From contig NC_091985.1 in NCBI RefSeq assembly GCF_044704955.1, forward strand, positions 194,866,001 through 194,930,000: 64,000 nucleotides of DNA, given 5' to 3'. Below, piece by piece: positions 25,901-36,700 of this stretch. This DNA is from Pristiophorus japonicus (Eukaryota). The position numbers were made by a program, and so were the translations under genes. Each line of letters begins with the position of its first letter. The stretch's first letter is position 1. The notes below the pieces were generated by a model. It was not told where the DNA came from, did not search any database, and was given only the letters and a program-made list of their open reading frames with translations.

Positions 25901-28338
25901 ACAGAAATAGAGAACTGCAGAACTAGAGAACTAGCAAACTAGAGAAGTAGCGAACTGGAGAAGTGAAGAACAAGAGAATTGCAGAAATGATGAACTATAG
26001 AACTGAAGAACTACAGAAGTAGAGAACTGAAGGACAAGAGAAGTGCTGAAATAGAGAACTGCAGAACTAGAGAAGTACAGAATTAGAGAAGTACAGAACT
26101 AGAGAAGTACAGAACTAGAGAAGTACAGAACTAGAGAACTGAAAAACAAGAGAACTGCAGAAATGAAGAACTGGAGAACAGAATAACTGGAGAACTACAG
26201 AGGTAGAGAGCTGTAGAACTACAGAAGTGAACAACTTGAAACTACAGAAATAGACAACTGCAGAACTAGGGCACTAGAGAACTAGAGAACTACAGAACTA
26301 CAGAATTAGAGAACTGGAGAACTAGTGAACTGGAGAACCAGTAAACTGGAGAACCAGTAAACTGGAGAACTAGAGAACTGGAGAACTAGAGAACTACAGA
26401 ACGAGTGAACTACAGCAATGAAGAACTGGAGAACTGAAGAACTAGAGAACCACAGCACTAGAGAATTACTGAAATAGAGAATTGAAGAATTAGAGAAATA
26501 AAGCACCAGATAATTGCAGAAATGAAGAACTAGAGAAACTGAAGAACTGAAGAACTAAAGAACTAGAGAACTACAGAAGTGGAGAACTGATGAACAAAAC
26601 AATTACAGAACTATAGAAATACAGAAATAGAGAACTGAAGAACAAGAGAACTGAGCAAATACAGAACTACAGAACTAGTGCACTGCGGAATTAGAGAACT
26701 AGCGAACTGGAGAACTGAACAACAAGAGAATTGCGGAAATGAAGAACTGGAGTACTGAAGAATGACTGAAGTAGAGAACAACAGAACCAGTTAACTACAG
26801 AACTAGAGAACTGCAGAACGACAGAAATACAGAACCAGAGAAAAACAGAACTAGAGAACTACAGAAGTAGAGAACTACAGAAGAAGAGAACTACAGAAGA
26901 AGAGAACTACAGAAGAAGAGAACTTCAGATCTAAAGAACTACAGGACTAGAGAACTACAGGACTAGAGAGCTAAAGAACTAGAGAACTGCAGTACTAGAC
27001 AACTAGAGAACTACAGAACTAGAGAGCTAAAGAACTAGAAAACTGCAGTACTAGACAACTACAGAACTAGAGAACTACAGAACTAGAGATCTACAGCACT
27101 AGATAAATGCAGAATTAGAAAACTAGAGAACTGAAGAACTAGAGAACTGCAGAACTATACAACGCAGAACTCGGGAACTGCAGAACGAGAGAACTGCAGA
27201 ACGAGAGAACTGCAGAACGAGAGAACTGCAGAACGAGAGAACTGCAGAACGAGAGAACTGCAGAACGAGAGAACTGCAGAACGAGAGAACTGCAGAACGA
27301 GAGAACTGCAGAACGAGAGAACTGCAGAACGAGAGAACTGCAGAACGAGAGAACTGCAGAACGAGAGAACTGCAGAACTAGAGAACTGCAGAACTAGAGA
27401 ACTGCAGAACTAGAGAACTACAGAACTAGAGAACTGCAGAACTAGAGAACTGCAGAACTAGAGAATTATAGAACTATGCAACCAGAGAACTGAAGAACTG
27501 GAGAAATGCAGAACCAGAGAAATATAGAATTATTAAACTGAAAAACTTGAGAACTACAGAACTATACGAATAGAGACCTGAAGAACTGGAGAAAAAGCAA
27601 AATTAGAGAATTAAAGAACTGGAGAACTGAAGAACTAGAGTACTGCCAAATAAGAGAACGGCAGAACAAGTGAACTAGAGCTAGAGAACTGCAGATCTAC
27701 AGAAAAACAGAATTAGAGAACAACAGATTTATAGAACCGCATAACTAGAGAACAAAGAATTAGGGAAATGCAGAAATAGAGAAAGGCAGAAATAGATGAC
27801 CAGAGACCCAGTTAACTGCAGAACGACAGATCTAGTTAATTAAAGATCAGCAGAATTAATTATCAAGGGATCTAGAAAACTAGAGATCTGCAAAAATACA
27901 GAACTAAGAGAGCTGGAGATTTGCATAACTAAAGAACAACAGAACTGGAGAATTCTACAACTAGAGAACTGCAGAACTAGCGAATTACAGAACTAGAGAT
28001 CTATAGAATTAGATAACTACAGAACTAGAGAACAACCGAAATAGAGAACTGCAGAACTAGAGAACTACAGAACTACAGGAATGAAAACTGGAGAACTGAA
28101 GAACTGCAAAACTACAGAAATAAATAATTACAGAAATAGAGAACTGAAGAATTAGAGAAGTACAGAACAATAGAACTACAGAAATAGAGACCTGAGGAAC
28201 TAGAGAACTGCAGAACCAGGGAACTGCAGAACCAGGGAACTGCAGAACTGAAGAACTAGAGAACTGAAGAATTGGAGAAGTACAGAACTAGAGAACTACA
28301 GAACTAGAGAAGTGAAGAATTGGAGAACTACAGAACTA
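16901..28338 (+). repeat. Older, diverged higher-order satellite (~2.9 kb modular units) with local pure 16-mer runs at ~19668-19845 (AGAACTAGACAAATGC) and ~27182-27375 (AGAACGAGAGAACTGC)
   Basis: Landmark GATGTAACAAAATGGAAAATTGCAC at ~17820, 20745 and 23654 (spacing ~2.9 kb); same octamer frame throughout. Confidence 0.9.
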
Positions 28339-30801
28339 AGGGCGCAAGTTTCGGGCCGCGCCTAAAATGGCACAGACCGGACCTGGACGCCCGTTTTTCA
28401 CGCCAGAAAGTGCGCCTAAAAAAATCTTAGAACGACAGATCTAATTAATTAAAGATCAGCGGATCTAGAAAACTAGAGATCTTCAAAAATACAGAACCAA
28501 GAGGCCGAGCCCAGTCTTGGGCCCGGCCATTCAGCCTCGTTCACTCCCTTCCCCCCGCCACCCTCTCTCCCTCCCTCCATCCCTCCTCTCTCCTTCACTC
28601 CCCCCTTCCTCACTCGTCTCTCCTTCCTTCCTTCCCTCCCTCCTTCCTCTCTCCTCTCCTTCCTCTCTCCTTCCCTCCCTCCCTCCTCTCTCCTTCCCTT
28701 CCTACATCCTCTCTCCCTTCCCTCCCTACATCCTCTCTCCCTACTCCCCCTTCTCCCCTCTCCCCCCTTCACCCTCTCCCCACACCACTTCTCCCCCTCC
28801 CCACCCCTCCTCCCCCTCCCCCCGCACACCCTCTCCACCTCCCCCCTCTCCGGCTCCGTGCAGGTCTTCTGCAGCTGGGCACAGCACAGCACGAGCTGTT
28901 GGGGGCGGAGCCAGGTTCCTGCGCTGAAAACAGTGCCGGGACCTCTGCACATGCGCGCCCATGTGCAGTAGCTCCAGGCGCCCAAAACTGTGGGAGGGGC
29001 CTGAAGCACGCAGCCCCTAGACCTGGCCGAATGGCCTCACTGGGGCTGCGTGAATAAGGCTCCTCCCACTCGACCCGACCCCCGCTCCCCACTCCCCCAG
29101 CGACCGGACTTCCGCCACTCTCTTCCCCCCCACCCCCTGACCTCCACGACTCTCTCTAACCCCCGACCTCCGCGACCCCCACCCCCCCCCCCCCCCCCCC
29201 GAGACCCGACGCCACCTACCTGTAAATCAAGCCGAAGTCTTGGGCCCGGCCGTTCAGCCTCGTTCACTCCCTTCCCCCGCCACCCTCTCTCCCTCCCTGC
29301 ATCCCTCCACTCTCCTTCGCTCCCCCCTTCCTCACTCCTCTCTCCTTCCTTCCCTCACTCCTTCCTCTCTCCTTCCCTCCCTCCCTCTCCTTCCCTCCCT
29401 CCCTCCCTCTACTTTCCTTCCCTTCCTACATCCTCTCTCCCTTCCCTCCCTACATCCTCTCTCACTTCTCCCCCTCTCCCCCCTTCTCCCCTTCCCCCCT
29501 CTCCCCCTCTCCCCCCTCCCCATGCCACTTCTCCCCCTCCCCACCCCTTCTCCCCCTCCCCCCACACACCCTCTCCACCTCCCCCCCACCCCTCTTCTCG
29601 CCCTCACCCCATCCCCCTTCTCCCCCTCCCCCCACCCCCCTTATCCCCCACCCTCCCCCTACCCCCCACCCCAATTCTCCCCCTACCCCTACCTCCCTTC
29701 TCCCCCCCACCTTCCATCTCCCTTCTCCCCACCCATCCCTTCTCCCTTCTCCCCCTCCCCCTCCAACCCCGCTTCTCCCCCGCCCCTCGCTGTCAGAAAC
29801 AAAGGCACTGACAGACAGAGAGTGAGAGACACTGACAGAGACACACTGGGGGGGACCATCCCAGCATGCTGTTAGAGGACTCCTCGTGCTGCAGTCGGTA
29901 AGTAGAAAATGTTTTATTTATTGATTTTTAAACATTTTTTATTTTTTATTCTCCCCCCCACTTCCTTCCCCCCCATCTCCTCCCCCCCATCTCCTCCCCC
30001 CCATCTACTTCTCTCCCATCTCCTTTCCCCCCCATCTCCTCTTTATCCCCTTCTCCCCCCTCCTTCTCCCCCCTCCCCCATCCCTCCCCCTTCCCTCCCT
30101 CTGCTCCCCCCTCTCTCCCTCTACCCCCTCCTCTCTCCTCTCTCCCTCCACCCCCCTCCGCCCCCTCCCCTCGCTGTCAGAAACACAGACAATGACAGAC
30201 AGAGAATGAGACACGCACACAGACAGACAGAGCGATAGAGACACTGACAGAGACACACTGGCGGGGGGGGATCCCAGCACGCTGTTGGAGGGCTCCCGGT
30301 GCTGCAGTCTATAAGTAGAAAATGTTTTATTTATTGATAAAAAAAAAAAAAAATTCTTATTAATTTTTTTTGATTGATTTATTGGTTGATTTATTGATGT
30401 ATTTATCATTTATTATTGATGGTGGCTCTTTGTTTGTAAAACTGAAGTGTTTAATGTTTGTAAACTTCCCTTTAAAAACCCCCACCACCAGTCCCTACGC
30501 CTAATTTGTAACCTACGCCTGATTTTCTATAGTGTAGACAAGGTTTTTTCGAACATACAAAAATCGTCACTTACTCCATTCTAAGTTAGTTTGGAGTAGG
30601 TTTTCACTGCCTAAAATTAGAAATCAGGCGTAAGTGGCCGGACACGCCCCCTTTTGAAAAAAAAATTCTGTTCCAAAGTGAAACTGTTATAACTGAATGA
30701 AACTGGAGCAAACTAAATGCCGAGATTCAAATTTCTAAGATACTTAATTCTAAACCAGTTGCTCCAAAAAAACAGGAGCAACTCAGGCCGAAATTGGCCC
30801 C
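28339..30801 (+). mobile_element. Non-autonomous TIR DNA transposon, copy 2 (same family as 697-1899), enlarged by internal insertions and duplications
   Basis: Imperfect TIRs AGGGCGCAAGTTTCGG (28339-28354) and CCGAAATTGGCCCC (30788-30801), TA on both sides. Removing the element plus one TA restores CAGAACTATAGAACTGCAG, seen uninterrupted in the paralogous unit at ~38704. Shares e.g. GACCTGGAYGCCCGTTTTTC, GCGCTGAAAACAGTGCC and GTGGCCGGACACGCCCC with copy 1. Confidence 0.85.
28540..30170. repeat. Long polypyrimidine (C/T) low-complexity tracts inside TIR element 2
   Basis: Direct reading: ~28540-28850, ~29265-29785 and ~29950-30170 are almost entirely C/T. Confidence 0.9.
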
Positions 30802-30901
30802 TATAGAACTGCAGAACTAGAGGACTGAAGAACTGGAGAACAGCAAAGTTAGAGAATTAAAGAACTGGAGAACTGAGGAACTAGAGTATTGCAAAATTAG
30901 A

Positions 30902-31059
30902 TGAAGTCCTTACTACTGGGGGGATCAAGGGGTATGGCGAGAAAGCAGGAATGGGGTACTGAAGTTACATGTTCAGGCATGAACTCATTGAATGGCAGTG
31001 CAGGCTAGAAGGGCCGAATGGCCTACTCCTGCACATATTTTCTATGTTTCTATGTTTAT
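30902..31059 (+). mobile_element. 5'-truncated CR1 LINE 3' fragment (~160 bp)
   Basis: Encodes the ORF2 C-terminus (..DEVLTTGGIKGYGEKAGMGY*), homologous to ..DVVLNTRRIKGHGEKPGIGY* of the 51731-52324 ORF. Carries 3' UTR GGGCCGAATGGCCTACTCCTGCAC and a (TTTCTATG)2 tail. Target duplication AAAATTAGA at 30893-30901 and 31060-31068. Confidence 0.9.
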
Positions 31060-31616
31060 AAAATTAGAGAACTGCAGAACAACTGAACTAGAGCTAGAGA
31101 ACAGCAGATCTAGAGAAAAACAGAATTAGAGAACAACAGATTTAGAAAACGACATAACTAGATAACAAAGAATTCGGGACATGCAGAAATAGAGAACTGC
31201 AGAAATAGATGAGCAGGGAACTACAGATCTAGTTAATTACAGAACTGAAGAATTAGAGATCAAGAGAGCTAGAAAACAAGAGATCTGCAAAAATACAGAA
31301 TTAAAGGAGCTGGAGAACTGCATGACTGGAGAACTGAAAAGTAGAGAACTGCAGAACTGGCAAACTGAACAATGAGAGAACTATAGAACTAAAGAACTGA
31401 ACAAATAGAGAATTGAAGAACTAGAGAATAGAAGAACTAGAGAACTGAAGAACAAGAGAACTGCGGAAATGAAGAACTCGAGAACAGAAGAACTGGAGAA
31501 CTGCAGAAATAGAAAACTGAAGAACTACAGAACTGAAAATCTAGAGAACTGCCGTACTAGAGAACTGAGGAACTAGAGAACTGCCACACTGGAGAACAGA
31601 AAAACTGGAGAACTAG

Positions 31617-32446
31617 AGAACTGCAGAACTAGAGAACTGCAGAACTAGAGAACTGCAGAACTAGAGAACTGCAGAACTAGAGAACTGCAGAACTAGAGAA
31701 CTGCAGAACTAGAGAACTGCAGAACTAGAGAACTGCAGAACTAGAGAACTGCAGAACTAGAGAACTGCAGAACTAGAGAACTGCAGAACTAGAGAACTGC
31801 AGAACTAGAGAACTGCAGAACTAGAGAACTGCAGAACTAGAGAACTGCAGAACTAGAGAACTGCAGAACTAGAGAACTGCAGAACTAGAGAACTGCAGAA
31901 CTAGAGAACTGCAGAACTAGAGAACTGCAGAACTAGAGAACTGCAGAACTAGAGAACTGCAGAACTAGAGAACTGCAGAACTAGAGAACTGCAGAACTAG
32001 AGAACTGCAGAACTAGAGAACTGCAGAACTAGAGAACTGCAGAACTAGACAACTGCAGAACTAGACAACTGCAGAACTAGACAACTGCAGAACTAGACAA
32101 CTGCAGAACTAGACAACTGCAGAACTAGACAACTGCAGAACTAGACAACTGCAGAACTAGACAACTGCAGAACTAGACAACTGCAGAACTAGACAACTGC
32201 AGAACTAGACAACTGCAGAACTAGACAACTGCAGAACTAGACAACTGCAGAACTAGACAACTGCAGAACTAGACAACTGCAGAACTAGACAACTGCAGAA
32301 CTAGACAACTGCAGAACTAGACAACTGCAGAACTAGACAACTGCAGAACTAGACAACTGCAGAACTAGACAACTGCAGAACTAGACAACTGCAGAACTAG
32401 ACAACTGCAGAACTAGACAACTGCAGAACTAGACAACTGCAGAACT
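31617..32446 (+). repeat. Two-block perfect 16-mer array: (AGAACTAGAGAACTGC)~27 then (AGAACTAGACAACTGC)~25
   Basis: Direct reading; single G>C switch at ~32050. Confidence 0.95.
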
Positions 32447-35108
32447 AGAGAAATGAAGAACTGTAGAACTGAAGAAATAGAGAACAGAAGAACGAATGAA
32501 CTACAGAACTAGAGAACTGCAGAACTAGAGAAACAGAGAAAATAAAATTTAGATGACTGCAGAACGAGGGAAATACAGAACTAGAGAATTGCAGAAATAG
32601 AGAATTGAAGGACTAGAGAAGCAGAACCACAGTTCTGCAGAAATGTAGAACCGTAGAACTAGAGATCTGCACAAGTCACAAAGCTGAGAACTGGGGAAAT
32701 TTAGAACTAAAGAAGTAGCGAAACAGAGAACTACAGAACTAGAGAACTGCAGAACTAGAGAAACAGAGAAAATAAAATTTAGATGACTGCAGAACGAGGG
32801 AAATACAGAACTAGAGAATTACAGAAATAGAGAATTGAAGGACTAGAGAAGCAGAACCACAGTTCTGCAGAAATGTAGAACCGTAGAACTAGAGATCTGC
32901 ACAAGTCACAAAGCTGAGAACTGGGGAAATTTAGAACTAAAGAAGTAGCGAAACAGAGAACTGCAGAACTAGAGAACTGGAGAACTGGAGAATAAGATAA
33001 CTAGAGAATTAGAGAGCAAAAGAACTGGAGTACTGCAGATTTAGATAATAAGAGAAGTACAGGCCTGCAGAACTGGAGAACTGCAGACTAAGAGACCTAC
33101 AGGTAGAGAACTGCAGAATTAGTGAATTACATAATTAGAGAACTGCAGAACGAGAGAATTGGGAACTAGAGAAATGCAGAAACATATAAATAGAGTACCA
33201 GATTACATCAGAACTCAATAAATAGATAACTGGAGAACCAGAGAACCACAGAACTAGAGAACTGGAGAACAACTGAATTAGAGTAAACAGATCCACAGAA
33301 CTACAGATTTAGACAATTGTAGATGTAGCGAAAAACAGAATTGGAGAACTCCAGAAATAGATAACTCGCGAACTAGTTAACTGCAGGAGTGTAGGTCCCG
33401 TTAATTACAGAACTGCAGAACTAGAGATCTGGAGAACAAGAAAACTAGAGATCTGCAGAAATACAGATCTAAAAGAGCAGGGCTAACTGCTGATCAGGAG
33501 AAATACACTTCTAGAGAATTGCAAAAGTAGAGAAATGCAGAACTGCATAAATGGAGATGTAACAAAATTGCACAGTTAGAAAACTAAAGAATTAGAGTAC
33601 TGCAGAACTGCAGAATTGGAGAAATAAGGAATTGGATAATTGCAGAACTAGGGAACTGTAGAACTGCAGAACAGCAGAAACATGGCACTGCAGAAGTAGA
33701 GATCTGCTGGATAAGTGAATTAGCGAACGAGAGAACTACAGAATTGTGAAATGCACAAGAGGCAAAAATTAGAACTACAGAATTAGAAAACTGCAGAACT
33801 AGAGAACTACAGAACCAGAGTGCTACAGAAATAGAGAGCTACAGAAAGAGAGAACTGCAGTACGAGAGAACTGCAGATCTAGTGAACTACAGATCTAGAG
33901 AACTACAGATCGAGAGAAGTACAGAACTAGAGAATTACAGAAATAGAGAACTGCAGAACTCGAGAACTACAGATCTAGTGAACTGCAGATCTAGAGAACT
34001 ACAGATCTCGTGAACTACAGTTCTAGAGAACTACAGATCTGGAGATGTACAGAACTAGAGAATTACAGAAATAGAGAACTGCAGTACTAGAGAACTACAG
34101 AACTAGAGAACTACAGATCGAGAGAAGTACAGAACTAGAGAATTACAGAAATAGAGAACTGCAGAACTCGAGAACTACAGATCTAGTGAACTGCAGATCT
34201 AGAGAACTACAGATCTCGTGAACTACAGTTCTAGAGAACTACAGATCTGGAGATGTACAGAACTAGAGAATTACAGAAATAGAGAACTGCAGTACTAGAG
34301 AACTACAGAACTAGAGAACTACAGAAATAGAAAATTACAGAAATAGAAAACTACAGAACTAGAGAACAACAGAAATAGAGAACTGCAAAACTAGAGAACT
34401 ACAGAAATAAGGAAATGAAGAAGTAGAGAACTGAAGAACTAGAGAATTACTGAAGTAGAGAACTACAGAAATAGAGAACTGAAGAACTAGAGAACTGGAG
34501 AAACAGAGAAATGCAGAAATGAGAACTAGAGAACTGAAGAATTGGAGAACAGTAGAACTCGAGAAGTACAAATCTAGAGAACTGGAAAATGAGAGAACTG
34601 CAGAACAAGTGAACTAGAATTAGAGAACTGCATATCTAGAGAAAAGCAGAAATAGAGAACAACAGGTTTATATAATCACAGAACTAGAGAACAAAGAATA
34701 AGTGAAAATCAGAAATAGAAAACTGCAGAAATAGATGACCAGAGAACAATTGAACTGCAGAACTACAGATCCAGTTAATTATAGAGCTGCAGAATAAGAG
34801 ATCGAGAGAACAAGAAAACTAGAGATCTGCAAAAATACAGAACTAAGAGAACTGGAGAACGACATAACTAGAGAACGGATAACTAGTGAACTGCATAAAT
34901 GGAGAACTGAATTAGAGAATTGCATAACTAATTAACTGAAGAACTAGAGAACTGCAGAACTGGAGAAATGAACAACAGGAGAACTGCAGAATTGAACAAA
35001 TAGAGAATTGAAGAACTATAGAATTGAACACATAGAGAATTGAAGAACTAGAGAACTGAATAGCCAGAGAACAGAACAAATAGAGAAATAAAGAACTAGA
35101 GAAATAAA

Positions 35109-36700
35109 GAACTAGAGAACAGAAGAACTAGAGAACAGAAGAACTAGAGAACAGAAGAACTAGAGAACAGAAGAACTAGAGAACAGAAGAACTAGAGAAC
35201 AGAAGAACTAGAGAACAGAAGAACTAGAGAACAGAAGAACTAGAGAACAGAAGAACTAGAGAACAGAAGAACTAGAGAACAGAAGAACTAGAGAACAGAA
35301 GAACTAGAGAACAGAAGAACTAGAGAACAGAAGAACTAGAGAACAGAAGAACTAGAGAACAGAAGAACTAGAGAACAGAAGAACTAGAGAACAGAAGAAC
35401 TAGAGAACAGAAGAACTAGAGAACAGAAGAACTAGAGAACAGAAGAACTAGAGAACAGAAGAACTAGAGAACAGAAGAACTAGAGAACAGAAGAACTAGA
35501 GAACAGAAGAACTAGAGAACAGAAGAACTAGAGAACAGAAGAACTAGAGAACAGAAGAACTAGAGAACAGAAGAACTAGAGAACAGAAGAACTAGAGAAC
35601 AGAAGAACTAGAGAACAGAAGAACTAGAGAACAGAAGAACTAGAGAACAGAAGAACTAGAGAACAGAAGAACTAGAGAACAGAAGAACTAGAGAACAGAA
35701 GAACTAGAGAACAGAAGAACTAGAGAACAGAAGAACTAGAGAACAGAAGAACTAGAGAACAGAAGAACTAGAGAACAGAAGAACTAGAGAACAGAAGAAC
35801 TAGAGAACAGAAGAACTAGAGAACAGAAGAACTAGAGAACAGAAGAACTAGAGAACAGAAGAACTAGAGAACAGAAGAACTAGAGAACAGAAGAACTAGA
35901 GAACAGAAGAACTAGAGAACAGAAGAACTAGAGAACAGAAGAACTAGAGAACAGAAGAACTAGAGAACAGAAGAACTAGAGAACAGAAGAACTAGAGAAC
36001 AGAAGAACTAGAGAACAGAAGAACTAGAGAACAGAAGAACTAGAGAACAGAAGAACTAGAGAACAGAAGAACTAGAGAACAGAAGAACTAGAGAACAGAA
36101 GAACTAGAGAACAGAAGAACTAGAGAACAGAAGAACTAGAGAACAGAAGAACTAGAGAACAGAAGAACTAGAGAACAGAAGAACTAGAGAACAGAAGAAC
36201 TAGAGAACAGAAGAACTAGAGAACAGAAGAACTAGAGAACAGAAGAACTAGAGAACAGAAGAACTAGAGAACAGAAGAACTAGAGAACAGAAGAACTAGA
36301 GAACAGAAGAACTAGAGAACAGAAGAACTAGAGAACAGAAGAACTAGAGAACAGAAGAACTAGAGAACAGAAGAACTAGAGAACAGAAGAACTAGAGAAC
36401 AGAAGAACTAGAGAACAGAAGAACTAGAGAACAGAAGAACTAGAGAACAGAAGAACTAGAGAACAGAAGAACTAGAGAACAGAAGAACTAGAGAACAGAA
36501 GAACTAGAGAACAGAAGAACTAGAGAACAGAAGAACTAGAGAACAGAAGAACTAGAGAACAGAAGAACTAGAGAACAGAAGAACTAGAGAACAGAAGAAC
36601 TAGAGAACAGAAGAACTAGAGAACAGAAGAACTAGAGAACAGAAGAACTAGGGAACAGAAGAACTAGGGAACAGAAGAACTAGGGAACAGAAGAACTAGG
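35109..36700 (+). repeat. Perfect 16-mer array (AGAACTAGAGAACAGA)~96, ending in a few AGAACTAGGGAACAGA
   Basis: Direct reading; longest homogeneous run in the window. Confidence 0.97.
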
